In this document: positions 31,948 through 41,608 of the stretch, one piece after another
Layout: each line of letters opens with the position of its first letter
How positions within the stretch are numbered: the first letter of the stretch is position 1
From: Pontiella sp.
Lineage (GTDB): Bacteria > Verrucomicrobiota > Kiritimatiellia > Kiritimatiellales > Pontiellaceae
Direction: 5' to 3'
Assembly (NCBI GenBank): GCA_050290185.1
Contig: JBNKHE010000006.1
Span: 64,001-128,000, forward strand
Length of the DNA stretch: 64,000 nt
Notes under the pieces: model-generated
What the model saw: the letters and a program-made list of their open reading frames with translations, nothing else
The model's database searches: none
What the model was told of the DNA's origin: nothing
Made by a program: the position numbers and the translations under genes

Positions 31948-33039
31948 CTACCGGCTTTTTTTAAGATACGCTTCGATGAAAGCATCCAGATTCCCGTCAA
32001 GCACGCCCTGGACATTCCCGACCTGCTCATCCGTTCGGTGATCCTTCACCATTGTGTACGGCTGCATAACATAGGAGCGGATCTGATGCCCCCAGGCAAT
32101 CTCTCCCTTATCGCCATAAAGCTGGTCAACCGCCTGCCGCTTCTTATCCTGCTCGAGTTCATAGAGACGCGCTTTGAGCATCTTCATCGCGGCCGCCTTG
32201 TTCTTGTGCTGCGAACGTTCCGCCTGGCACTGCACCACGGTTCCCGTCGGAAGATGGACGATGCGAACGGCGGAATCAGTGGTATTCACATGCTGGCCGC
32301 CAGCGCCCTGCGCGCGATAGGTATCGATCCGCAAATCCGATTCGACGATTTCCACATCAATGTCGTCATCGATCTCCGGCGTTACATCGGCGGCCACGAA
32401 CGAGGTATGGCGACGCGACTGCGAATCGAACGGACTGATGCGTACCAGCCGGTGAACCCCGCGCTCGGACTTGAGCAGTCCGTAGGCATACGGACCGGAA
32501 ATCAGTATCGTAACACTCTTGATGCCGGCCTCATCGCCGGCCAGATAATCAAGAATCTGAACACCGAACCCTTTTCGTTCAGCATAGCGTGTAAACATGC
32601 GGTAGAGCATGTCGGCCCAGTCGCAGCTTTCCGTTCCGCCGGCACCGGCATGTAGCGTGAGATAAGCATTTGAGCCGTCAAACTCGTCCCCCAGCAACGA
32701 CTGCAGTTCGAGTGCCTGAATGCCGCCGTCAACATTCTTCAACGAGGTTTCCGCCTCCGCCAGCGCCTCTTCTTCACCGGCCTCGGCCAGCTCCAGCATG
32801 ACCTCGGCATCATCAAGTCCGGCGGCTATTTCATCGTAGGGGTCGAGCACTATCTTGAGGGCCTTGGTGGCCGATATATTGGACTGGGCCTTCGCCTGAT
32901 CGTTCCAGAAATCCGGTTGTCCGGCCTCGACTTCAAGTTTTTCAAGCGCGGCACGCTTGGCGTCGACATCCAGATAGCCCTTCATCTCGGACAGCTGCTC
33001 CCGGTATGCGTGAATCCTGGTTTTTAAATCGTCTTGCAT
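31948..33039 (-). CDS. prfB: Peptide chain release factor 2, continuous ORF
   Basis: GAGGTES.DWA, RISPFD (SPF), GAGGQHVN, WGHQIRSY. Confidence 0.97.
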   Translation of the reverse strand: MQDDLKTRIHAYREQLSEMKGYLDVDAKRAALEKLEVEAGQPDFWNDQAKAQSNISATKALKIVLDPYDEIAAGLDDAEVMLELAEAGEEEALAEAETSLKNVDGGIQALELQSLLGDEFDGSNAYLTLHAGAGGTESCDWADMLYRMFTRYAERKGFGVQILDYLAGDEAGIKSVTILISGPYAYGLLKSERGVHRLVRISPFDSQSRRHTSFVAADVTPEIDDDIDVEIVESDLRIDTYRAQGAGGQHVNTTDSAVRIVHLPTGTVVQCQAERSQHKNKAAAMKMLKARLYELEQDKKRQAVDQLYGDKGEIAWGHQIRSYVMQPYTMVKDHRTDEQVGNVQGVLDGNLDAFIEAYLKKSR

Positions 33040-33120
33040 ATTCGTTCCAATGTTTGGGACTGGGCAATATAGCCCATGACGCATTCAAGCCAAACCCTGC
33101 ATTGCAAAAAATGAATCCGG

Positions 33121-34803
33121 TCAGGAGGCCTGCCGGCGGATTTTACAGCCCTTGGAGCGGAGCGTAAAGAAAGCCCAGACACTGACCAGAAGTGAAATCC
33201 GGGCGAAGAGATCGCCATGCTGTGTATAGAAGGTTTGTTCCTGCCCTTCGGCACGCGGGTAGAGCTGATCAACCGTAAAGCCCTCGGTACAAACCTCGAG
33301 TTCGGTCTCTGGCCGGGCTTCGTACGAGATCACACCAAAGGCATTGATCAGGCAGGACACGCCAGTATTGCAGCAACGGGCCATGGGAACGCGATTTTCG
33401 ACACAGCGGAATACGGCATGCGCAAGGTGCTGCTCAGACTCGGAGGAGGGATCGAACCATCCATCATTGGTCTGATTGACGAGCCAACGTGCACCGGAGC
33501 GCACCGCCTTGGCGGCAAGAGGTGCAACCGTATCTTCAAAACAGATGAGTACCGAAAAGGGCGATTTTCCGGGAAGCCGGAGCAATGAGCTTTCTTCCCC
33601 CGCACCGACATCGACCTCGACGGGAGTAAACTTGCGCATGAGTTTTGGAAAGGGAACATACTCGCCGAACGGAACCAGGTGCTGTTTATCGTATTTACCG
33701 ATAATATCGCCACCCACATCAAAGAGGATTGAGCTGTTGTAATATTTATAGCCGTCATCAACAATGTCGTAGCGCATCGCGCCAACCAGCAGCGGCACCC
33801 CCGGGGCAGTCATCCGTTTGGCCAGCTCGTAGCTCCGTGGTGTGCGCGAATTATTGATCAAGTCCGGCACCGCGGTTTCCGGCCAAATCACGAGATCGAT
33901 GCCGGGCAGGCGAGTGACCGCAAGAGTCAAATCCTCCAGGGTCTGGAGCACTTCCTGATCCTTGGCATCATCCCACTTCACGGACTGGGAAATATTCGGC
34001 TGGACGAGTGCAACATTCACCGACTCACGATGCAACGGCTTTGAAAGCAATGTATGCATGCCGTCCGCAAGGCATAGGGCAAGCGGAAGCAGACCGATCA
34101 AAAGTTCAAAGTGCGGGCGGTATTTCCGCGAACGTGTACCGTGGGTGTACTGCCGGAACGTGACAAAGAGCCCGGCATTAAGCCAAACGATGACCGCAGA
34201 AACAACATACACGCCGCCCCATGTCGAGCACTGGATGATAGCCGGAGAGGCATACTGACTTACGCCTAGCGGATTCCAGGGAAAGCCGGTGAATAAAAAA
34301 CCACGCACATATTCAGCCCCCACCCAGACCATGGAGAGCGTAAACATGAAGCGGATATTGCCGTGCAGATCATCCCCCAGCCACCGTTTTGCCCCGAGGG
34401 CCGCCGCCACGCCGAAGGGGATGAAATAGAGCCCGCAATAGAACGCAAGGAAGGCATACCCTGCCAGGGCACTGACTTTCATGCCGGCGCCATCCACCAT
34501 GCCGCCCAGATTGTAGAGCCATGACAGCGAAATCATGAAGAAGACAAACCCGGACAGCAGTCCCAGCCAGGCCGCACGTTTGATGGAGACCGACTGCACG
34601 GCAAACATCAAAGGGATCAACGCGGCAAAAGCGAGGGTGGATTGATTAAACCCGGGAAACGAAAGCGCCAACAGCACCCCCGAAAGAACACTTCCCAGTA
34701 TCCGCAGATACAGCGATTGAAACAACGGATGGCTAGGAAGTTCCGGCTTTTCATAGCCGTGTTCCTTCCTCCGACGTTCATACTGCTTCAGCGTTCCAAT
34801 CAT
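33121..34803 (-). CDS. lnt: Apolipoprotein N-acyltransferase
   Basis: TGFPWN, VQPNI, IWPETA, YDKQHLVPFGEY, ICFED, TNDGWF. Confidence 0.95.
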   Translation of the reverse strand: MIGTLKQYERRRKEHGYEKPELPSHPLFQSLYLRILGSVLSGVLLALSFPGFNQSTLAFAALIPLMFAVQSVSIKRAAWLGLLSGFVFFMISLSWLYNLGGMVDGAGMKVSALAGYAFLAFYCGLYFIPFGVAAALGAKRWLGDDLHGNIRFMFTLSMVWVGAEYVRGFLFTGFPWNPLGVSQYASPAIIQCSTWGGVYVVSAVIVWLNAGLFVTFRQYTHGTRSRKYRPHFELLIGLLPLALCLADGMHTLLSKPLHRESVNVALVQPNISQSVKWDDAKDQEVLQTLEDLTLAVTRLPGIDLVIWPETAVPDLINNSRTPRSYELAKRMTAPGVPLLVGAMRYDIVDDGYKYYNSSILFDVGGDIIGKYDKQHLVPFGEYVPFPKLMRKFTPVEVDVGAGEESSLLRLPGKSPFSVLICFEDTVAPLAAKAVRSGARWLVNQTNDGWFDPSSESEQHLAHAVFRCVENRVPMARCCNTGVSCLINAFGVISYEARPETELEVCTEGFTVDQLYPRAEGQEQTFYTQHGDLFARISLLVSVWAFFTLRSKGCKIRRQAS

Positions 34804-34826
34804 TTCAAAATCCAGATATGCGATGT

Positions 34827-35504
34827 TTACAATTCAAGGTTGATAAGCTCCGGAATCGTCAACCACTGCCTCGTATCCTTTTCCTGCAAAAAAAGATCAT
34901 GGATATATCCACACAAATCCTCTTGCGCGGCGAAAGCTTTCCGAGATCTACCGGCGGGCACGCCGGCAAAGGAGGCCAGACCCTTTAACCCCAAAACCCC
35001 CTCCCCCAACGTCGCATCCCAAAAGACAAACATGTTTTCAATGATCGAGCGGATCGAACGGTAGAGCATCATCTCATGCTTTTCCGAATCTGAAATCGCC
35101 AGCCGATCCAGATCAAGCGTCCACATGCGATCCAGCCGGGCGCCGGCCCAATCCGCCGGACGAATGATCCCGAGCGAGAAATAGGGAAGCAACGACGGAA
35201 AATGATGAAGCTCGGAAAGAATCTCAAGCCAGCGTTCCACGTGCCGCGCATGCGGCTTGACCGACCGCAGTACACGTGTGGCCGACCGCTGATCGTTAAT
35301 GGCGCAAAACGCGCGGGCAATCAAAAGGATAAGATCGGACCGTTGCACGCCATGTGGATGATACTGACGGCAGTACTGGGCGACACTTGTCGTCAGATTA
35401 TCGGTTACCGTGTCTTGAGGAATCTCCAGCGACCGGAAAATTTCTTGCAGATGTTCCGCCCATGCATCCCGCTCGGCCATCATGTTTGCATAGCCGCCTA
35501 TCAT
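34827..35504 (-). CDS. Hypothetical protein translationally coupled to nrdR
   Basis: 225-aa ORF filling the nrdR-lnt gap, with an ATGA overlap on the nrdR stop. Confidence 0.7.
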   Translation of the reverse strand: MIGGYANMMAERDAWAEHLQEIFRSLEIPQDTVTDNLTTSVAQYCRQYHPHGVQRSDLILLIARAFCAINDQRSATRVLRSVKPHARHVERWLEILSELHHFPSLLPYFSLGIIRPADWAGARLDRMWTLDLDRLAISDSEKHEMMLYRSIRSIIENMFVFWDATLGEGVLGLKGLASFAGVPAGRSRKAFAAQEDLCGYIHDLFLQEKDTRQWLTIPELINLEL

Positions 35505-35956
35505 TCGCGACCAATGAGGCGCTCAACCTCGTTCATGAATTGCCCGGCATCGCGGAAGCGACGATAGACTGAGGCGTAGCGAATGTAGGCCACCTCGTCG
35601 AGTTTCTCCAGTGCCGTCATGACTTTCTTCCCGAGGGCCATGCTCGGGATCTCTTTTTCAAATTCCGACTCGGCTTCCAGAATGATCGAATCGCAGATGC
35701 GTTCGATCTGCTCAACGCTGATGTGTCTCTTGCGGCAGGCAATGTTGAGACTTTTCACTAGCTTGTCGCGGCTGAGCTCCTCATGCCGTCCATCACGCTT
35801 GGCAACCTGCAGGTGAGCACGTTGAATTTCTTCATAGGTCGTGAACCGATGTCCGCAACCAACACACATCCGCCGCCGACGGATAGCATCTCCATTACGG
35901 ACCTCCCGGCTATCGATCACACGGTTTTCCCGGCCTTCGCATTTCGGACATCTCAT
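35501..35956 (-). CDS. nrdR: Transcriptional repressor NrdR
   Basis: MRCPKC...VIDSR...IRRRR.C..C..RFTTYE, ATP cone, DEVAYIRYASVY. Confidence 0.97.
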   Translation of the reverse strand: MRCPKCEGRENRVIDSREVRNGDAIRRRRMCVGCGHRFTTYEEIQRAHLQVAKRDGRHEELSRDKLVKSLNIACRKRHISVEQIERICDSIILEAESEFEKEIPSMALGKKVMTALEKLDEVAYIRYASVYRRFRDAGQFMNEVERLIGRE

Positions 35957-36016
35957 ATAACTTCCCCTTCTTGAAAGTTGCGCTGAAGGTAGACGGAAAC
36001 ATCAAGGTGTAACAAC

Positions 36017-36046
36017 AAAAAACGGCGGATCGATATCCGCCGTTTT
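36017..36046 (-). terminator. Intrinsic terminator after the histone-like gene
   Basis: A6-CGGCGGAT-CGAT-ATCCGCCG-T4. Confidence 0.8.
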
Positions 36047-36066
36047 CACCATGCTGAATGATGGTT

Positions 36067-36558
36067 CTATTTCTTCTTAGCCGCTTTTTTCTTAGCTGGA
36101 GCCTTTTTCTTGGCTGGAGCCTTCTTCGCAACCTTCTTCTTTGCCGGAGCCTTCTTGGCGGCCGTTTTTTTGGCCGGAGCCTTTTTGGCAGCCTTCTTCT
36201 TGGCAGGAGCTTTTTTCGCAACCTTCTTCTTCGCCAGGGCCTTCTTGGTGCCCGTTTTCTTGGCGGGTGCTTTCTTGGCTACCTTCTTCTTGGCCGGAGC
36301 TTTCTTGGCAGCCTTCTTCTTGGCTGGAGCTTTCTTCGCAACCTTCTTCTTCGCCGGAGCTTTCTTGGCGGCCTTTTTCTTGGCGGGAGCTTTCTTCGCA
36401 GCCTTCTTCTTCGCCGGAGCTTTCTTGGCTACCTTCTTTTTGGCTGGCGCCTTCTTGGCGGCTGTCTTCTTGGCGGGTGCTTTCTTGGCTACGGCTTTCT
36501 TTTTAGCCGGGGCCTTTTTTGCTACTTTCTTTTTCGCTACTTTTTTCTTAGCTGCCAT
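36067..36558 (-). CDS. Histone H1-like (Hc2/AlgP-type) Lys/Ala/Pro repeat protein, 163 aa
   Basis: AAGGAGG RBS before MAAKKK; about 14 KKAPAKK(K/T)(V/A)A units; has its own terminator. Confidence 0.85.
   Translation of the reverse strand: MAAKKKVAKKKVAKKAPAKKKAVAKKAPAKKTAAKKAPAKKKVAKKAPAKKKAAKKAPAKKKAAKKAPAKKKVAKKAPAKKKAAKKAPAKKKVAKKAPAKKTGTKKALAKKKVAKKAPAKKKAAKKAPAKKTAAKKAPAKKKVAKKAPAKKKAPAKKKAAKKK
36075..36550. repeat. Degenerate 30-bp coding tandem repeat
   Basis: Repeating ACCTTCTTCTTGGCCGGAGCTTTCTTGGC-like units with mostly synonymous variation. Confidence 0.9.
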
Positions 36559-36788
36559 TTTCGCCTCCTTGTTTGTGCTCCTGACAACAATCCGTTTCGT
36601 TTCTGCCGTCCCTTCAGCGGGATGCAATCATCAAAAGATGTGTCGGCGGTCGCCCGTCTATAAAATGTTTATAAACACAGTATTCATTTTATGCAACCTG
36701 TTTGGATTATTAAAACACATGCATTCACGCTACTTGCATCAACACATTTCGTGTTAAGCGAAATTGTTTCACGCGCTTGGATAGACAT

Positions 36789-36818
36789 AAAAAAACCGCC
36801 CACCATGTGGACGGTTTT
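36789..36818 (-). terminator. Intrinsic terminator after infB
   Basis: A7-CCGCCCAC...GTGGACGG-TTTT. Confidence 0.7.
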
Positions 36819-36843
36819 CAGTGCGAAAAATCCGCAGGTTCAA

Positions 36844-38931
36844 TTACAAACTCTGGGTGATCTTTTCGACCGTGTAGGCTTCGATTGTATCGCCTGCATC
36901 GAAGTTGGTGAAGTTCTCCGGACGTATGCCGCACTCCTGACCCTGACGGACTTCGGCTGCATCATTTTGGAATCGCTTGAGCGAACCGATTGAACCTTCG
37001 AACAAAATATCGCGACCACGTTTGATGCGAATGCTGGACTTGGCGGTTATGCGTCCGCTCATCACCATGCAACCGGCAATCTTGTTCTTTCTGCTGAGCT
37101 CGAAAACTTCCCGGACTTCCGCTTCGCCGATAATCTGCTCACGCAATTCCGGCTCTAGCAGCCCCTTCATCGCACTCTCAACATCTTCAATCAATTCATA
37201 GATAATGCTGTAAAGGCGAATCTCGACTCCTTCGCGCTTGGCGGCCGCATTCGTACCGTTTTCATTGCCGGTATGGAAGCCGAGGATGATGGCTTCGGAG
37301 GCACTGGCGAGCATTACATCATTAACGGTGATGTTTCCGACATCATTGGAGATGATGTTGATCTCAACCTTGTCGCTTTTAATCCCCGAAAGGGAATGGG
37401 CAATCGCTTCGACCGATCCCTGCACGTCGGCCTTGATGATTACTTTCAGCTCCTTCTTTTCGTCGCTGTCGGCCGCGCCGAACAGGTCGTCGAGGGAGAT
37501 CTTCTTCGCAACGGCACCCCCCTCGAGATTCTGCATCCGGTCTTCCTGCTGCAACTCTGCCGAAATGGCTTTTGCCTCGCGGTCAGTGGCGATTGCCTGG
37601 AACTCATCGCCGGCTCCCGGCACATTGGTCAGGCCCAGAACTTTAACGGCCATCGATGGTCCGGCAGAACGAACCTTTTTGCCCTGATCGCTGATCAGCG
37701 CCTTGATGCGTCCCCAGTACTTGCCGCAGATCACGCTATCGCCAACCTTTAGCGTGCCGCTCTTGACGAGCACGCTGGCCGTCGGCCCCATGCCGGGTTC
37801 CATTTGCGCTTCCACCACAAAACCGCGGGCCGGCTTGTTGGGATTGGCCTTGAGTTCGAGCATTTCGGATTCAAGCACAATACGCTCGAGCAGGCCGTCG
37901 ATCCCTTCGCCGGTTGCGGCACTGACCGGACAGCATCCAATCGATCCGCCCCAGTCTTCCACCATGACATCGTTTTCCTGAAGCTGTTGCTTCAGGCGGT
38001 CCGGATTCGCGGAACGCAAATCCATTTTATTCATTGCAACAATGACGCAGACGCCAGCGGCCTTGGCATGCTTGATAGCTTCCATCGTTTGCGGCATGAC
38101 TCCGTCATCAGCCGCGACGACGAGCACCACGATATCGGTCAGGTTTGCACCACGTGCACGCATGGCCGTGAAGGCGGCGTGGCCCGGGGTGTCGAGGAAC
38201 GTAATCTTGTGGTCATCGAGTTCGACCGTATAGGCCCCGATGTGCTGGGTGATGCCGCCGGACTCTCCGGTCACCACACGCGTGTTGCGAATCTTGTCGA
38301 GCAGCGAAGTCTTGCCATGGTCCACGTGACCCATAAAGGTTACGACCGGCGGTCGGGAAAGGAGCGCGTCGGGGGAATCCTCGACCTCTTCCTTTTGCTT
38401 GACCCGAACAACCTTGGATTTTGGTTGCTGGGGCGGAGCTTTCTTCTTCTCTTCCTTACGGACAATAAAGCCGTGCTTTTCGCCAATCTCCTTGGCGATC
38501 TTGAGATCGATCTCCGCATTGATCGATGCGAAGACATTCATCTTCATCAGTTCCGCGATAACCATGTTGGGCTTCATGCCCATGCGTTCGGCAAAATCCT
38601 TCACAATGATCTTCGGCTTCTTCAGCTCGATGATATTGGATACTTCTTCCTCTTCAGGAGCGGCTGGCTCGGCAGGCGGTGTATTTTCGACAGGCTTTTC
38701 AGTCCCAGCCTCGCTGACAGGAGCCGCCGCCACTTCCGGCTTCTCCGCCGGGGCATTGTCGGCACGCGCTTCTTCTATCGAAGCGTAACCCAGCTCGTCA
38801 CAAACGGCCGAGATCTGCTCATCGTTCAGTTCTGCTTCGATACCGTCCACCTCAATGTCGATATCCTGCAAGATCTCCAATAGTTCTTCGGGGGAGACGC
38901 CTACATCTCTAGCTGTATCTTGAATCTTCAT
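36844..38931 (-). CDS. infB: Translation initiation factor IF-2
   Basis: [39 protein letters not shown] overlap with nusA. Confidence 0.98.
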   Translation of the reverse strand: MKIQDTARDVGVSPEELLEILQDIDIEVDGIEAELNDEQISAVCDELGYASIEEARADNAPAEKPEVAAAPVSEAGTEKPVENTPPAEPAAPEEEEVSNIIELKKPKIIVKDFAERMGMKPNMVIAELMKMNVFASINAEIDLKIAKEIGEKHGFIVRKEEKKKAPPQQPKSKVVRVKQKEEVEDSPDALLSRPPVVTFMGHVDHGKTSLLDKIRNTRVVTGESGGITQHIGAYTVELDDHKITFLDTPGHAAFTAMRARGANLTDIVVLVVAADDGVMPQTMEAIKHAKAAGVCVIVAMNKMDLRSANPDRLKQQLQENDVMVEDWGGSIGCCPVSAATGEGIDGLLERIVLESEMLELKANPNKPARGFVVEAQMEPGMGPTASVLVKSGTLKVGDSVICGKYWGRIKALISDQGKKVRSAGPSMAVKVLGLTNVPGAGDEFQAIATDREAKAISAELQQEDRMQNLEGGAVAKKISLDDLFGAADSDEKKELKVIIKADVQGSVEAIAHSLSGIKSDKVEINIISNDVGNITVNDVMLASASEAIILGFHTGNENGTNAAAKREGVEIRLYSIIYELIEDVESAMKGLLEPELREQIIGEAEVREVFELSRKNKIAGCMVMSGRITAKSSIRIKRGRDILFEGSIGSLKRFQNDAAEVRQGQECGIRPENFTNFDAGDTIEAYTVEKITQSL

Positions 38932-40121
38932 TATTCCGTAATTTCCCCGTGTTCTTTAATGTATGCCGTCTCGGCTGCATACCAGATTGCCTTGGCTTGC
39001 TCAGTGGTAATCCCGTCGTCGATGGACTGGATATCGTTCATGTCGGCGGCCAAAACCCCTTCGAGCGTCAGGAAGCCTGCGAAGACCAGCTTCTCGGCAT
39101 ACTCGCTGCCGATGCCTTCAATGGCGGCCAGCTTCGTGACCGCCACGGCCACGCGCTCTTCGAAGTCCATGCTTTCTTCATCTTTCTGGATATCGACGCG
39201 CCAGCCCGTCAGCTTGGAGGTCAGACGAGCGTTTTGTCCGCGTTTCCCGATCGCCAGCGAAAGCTGGTCGGGATCGACCGTAACCTGAACCGTGCGTGTT
39301 TCTTCGTCAGCATCCACATCCTTCAGGCGCGCCGGCGCAAGGGCGTTGGCAATCAAGGTATGGATGTCTTCACTCCAACGGACAATGTCTATCTTTTCGC
39401 CGGACAGTTCGCGAACAATGTTCTTCACGCGCATGCCACGCATGCCGACGCAGGCGCCGACCGGGTCGACGCGTTCATCGTGGGAGATGACCGCCACCTT
39501 ACTGCGGTAGCCGGCTTCGCGGGCAATGCCCTTGATCTCCATGGTACCGTCGCTGATTTCCGAAACTTCCAGCTCGAACAGGCGGCGGACAAAATCGGGA
39601 TGGCTGCGGGACAGCACGATTTCCGGACCGCGTTCGCGTTCACGTACGGTCAGGATGAGTGCGCGGATCCGCTCGCCGATTTCATACTCCTCGGTCGGCA
39701 CACGCTCCTTGGAAGGCATGACAGCTTCGCCATGCTCCAAATCGACGATCACATCGCTGCGGTCAAAACGGGATACCGAACCGGTTATGATTTCGCCGAC
39801 CCGATCCTTGTATTCGTCGAAAATGATTTCCTTCTCTGCATTGCGGATCTTCTGCATGATGACCTGCTTGGCGGTCTGTGCGGCAATGCGGCCCAGCGGC
39901 GGCGGCGTGGTTTCGATTTCGCTTCCGTCCGAGAGCATCCGGTAGGCCTTGCGCTCGAAGGTTTTCCGATCGATGGCAATGCGAAGGGTATCGTCTACAA
40001 CACCGCCCTTTTCGGTTACGCTTTGCAGGGCCGACTCGATCGCGCGGATAATCAGCTCGCGCTCGACGCCCCGTTCGCTTTCCATATATTCAACAACGGC
40101 TTTTAATTCAGCAGGATTCAT
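38931..40121 (-). CDS. nusA: Transcription termination/antitermination factor NusA
   Basis: GRIAAQTAKQVI.QKIR, S1 domain, AREAGYRSK, DPVGACVG, AIGKRGQN. Confidence 0.97.
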   Translation of the reverse strand: MNPAELKAVVEYMESERGVERELIIRAIESALQSVTEKGGVVDDTLRIAIDRKTFERKAYRMLSDGSEIETTPPPLGRIAAQTAKQVIMQKIRNAEKEIIFDEYKDRVGEIITGSVSRFDRSDVIVDLEHGEAVMPSKERVPTEEYEIGERIRALILTVRERERGPEIVLSRSHPDFVRRLFELEVSEISDGTMEIKGIAREAGYRSKVAVISHDERVDPVGACVGMRGMRVKNIVRELSGEKIDIVRWSEDIHTLIANALAPARLKDVDADEETRTVQVTVDPDQLSLAIGKRGQNARLTSKLTGWRVDIQKDEESMDFEERVAVAVTKLAAIEGIGSEYAEKLVFAGFLTLEGVLAADMNDIQSIDDGITTEQAKAIWYAAETAYIKEHGEITE

Positions 40122-40171
40122 AAGCCCTCCTCCTTCACATACCTTCGAAAATCAAATAACCAGCCCATAGA

Positions 40172-40200
40172 GAATAAAAGAGCGGGCATCGCCCACTCTC
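40172..40200 (-). promoter_or_regulatory. rimP-leader-like attenuator hairpin upstream of nusA
   Basis: Minus strand GAGAGTGGGC-GAT-GCCCGCTC-TTTTATTCT, about 50 nt upstream of the nusA start. Confidence 0.65.
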
Positions 40201-40296
40201 TTCCCAGAGCCAAACTATCAACAAAACGAGAAAGCTACGCCTCCTGCCCCGCCCCGTCAAGAGGCAATCGGGGAGAAATCCCGGCCTGTCCAGCAT

Positions 40297-41466
40297 CTAT
40301 TCCGGGATGGCATCCTGCTCTCCGAACAACCATTCCCCTATGTATATCCAGTCGGTTCCAGAATACTGGTAGCCTTGGCATTTCCCGCTCAAATAAGACT
40401 TCACGAATTGAAAGGCATACATGCTTGAAGGCTGGAACACAACACGGCCCAGGAAAGGATCGCTGGTCCAATCCGCCCAATATGTGAGTGAGTCCTGACG
40501 ACCTGCAATATCGAATGTTCCCGTCCCGCCTGCCACCGGGGCAAACAACAGCACGTTTGTGCCCTGACTGAAAAAAACATGGTGCCCTTCGAGGTTCGAG
40601 AACCAGGTGACCGCCTGCGGATAATATACCCGGGCCCCTCTGAAATATTCGGATGCACGGTTCGTGGAGGCGGGCATGTGCCAGTCGTTCGTGGCGGAAG
40701 ACCAGTAGCCGGAACTCGACCGGTTCCAATCGGAAAGATTGGTCGACGCGAAAACGGAAAATCCGCACTGATTGGAATAAGCCGCACACACCGTAATACC
40801 CGTAGCTGAACAATCCATCGCCATAGGCAACGTAGAAACCTGCGGCAGCGGCTGACCGGCCGGATTGAAGTCCTGCGCCATCGTGCCGATGCGTAATATC
40901 TGCACAGCATTGATCACAACATTGGTCAGTGGCAGGGCGTTCGCGCCGGTGGCCACCGCACCAATGTTGGAAACCACATTCATTCCTCCCACGACCTCCC
41001 CGAAAACAGAGTGCACCCCGTCAAGCCAGGGCGTCGGCTCAAGCGTGATAAAAAACTGGCTGCCATTGCTGTTGGGGCCGGAATTGGCCATGGAAAGAAT
41101 GCCGGCGCCATGGTGGGTCAGGTTGGTGCTGAACTCGTCAGGAAAATGATAGCCCGGCCCGCCGGTGCCGGTGCCGAGCGGATCGCCACCCTGAATCATG
41201 AAGCCGTCAATAACCCGGTGAAAAATCAAGCCGTCATAGAAAGGGCCGTTGCAAACGGCCCCTTTTGCATCAACCCAGCTCTGCGTCCCTTCCGCCAGCC
41301 CGACAAAGTTGGCGCAGGTCAGCGGAGCCTCGGCATAATCCAGCCGGCAAGTAATGCCCCCCATGGTCGTATCAACTGCCGCATACAGGCCGTCGTCAAG
41401 CTGGGCATATGCTCCGACCGCCCACGTAACGGCGAGACAATATAAGCCTATGAAATAGATTCTCAT
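40297..41466 (-). CDS. Secreted cyclophilin-type peptidyl-prolyl isomerase with C-terminal extension
   Basis: Signal peptide; FHRVIDGFMIQGGDP, LSMANSGPNSNGSQFFIT, WLDGVHSVFG. Start is 41466 or 41472. Confidence 0.92.
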   Translation of the reverse strand: MRIYFIGLYCLAVTWAVGAYAQLDDGLYAAVDTTMGGITCRLDYAEAPLTCANFVGLAEGTQSWVDAKGAVCNGPFYDGLIFHRVIDGFMIQGGDPLGTGTGGPGYHFPDEFSTNLTHHGAGILSMANSGPNSNGSQFFITLEPTPWLDGVHSVFGEVVGGMNVVSNIGAVATGANALPLTNVVINAVQILRIGTMAQDFNPAGQPLPQVSTLPMAMDCSATGITVCAAYSNQCGFSVFASTNLSDWNRSSSGYWSSATNDWHMPASTNRASEYFRGARVYYPQAVTWFSNLEGHHVFFSQGTNVLLFAPVAGGTGTFDIAGRQDSLTYWADWTSDPFLGRVVFQPSSMYAFQFVKSYLSGKCQGYQYSGTDWIYIGEWLFGEQDAIPE

Positions 41467-41608
41467 CACCAATCCTCCAAACGGTTGATTATTTCGATAA
41501 GAGGGAAGAATGCAATCCCTCCAACTTATAAATCCTCCATTCTTTTATAAGTGAAATGCGTTTCTGCATGCCCTACTATCACCGCACATTCAACCAAGGA
41601 GAACTCGG

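Noticed and set aside
30572..32655. Plus-strand ORFs 30572-31396 and 31627-32655
   Set aside because: Antisense to trpC, the hypothetical gene and prfB, with no independent support.
36058..36757. Plus-strand Phe/Leu/Ala-rich repeat ORFs, or a CRISPR-like array
   Set aside because: These are the reverse complement of the Lys/Ala repeat gene. The repeats are contiguous with no unique spacers, and no cas genes are present.
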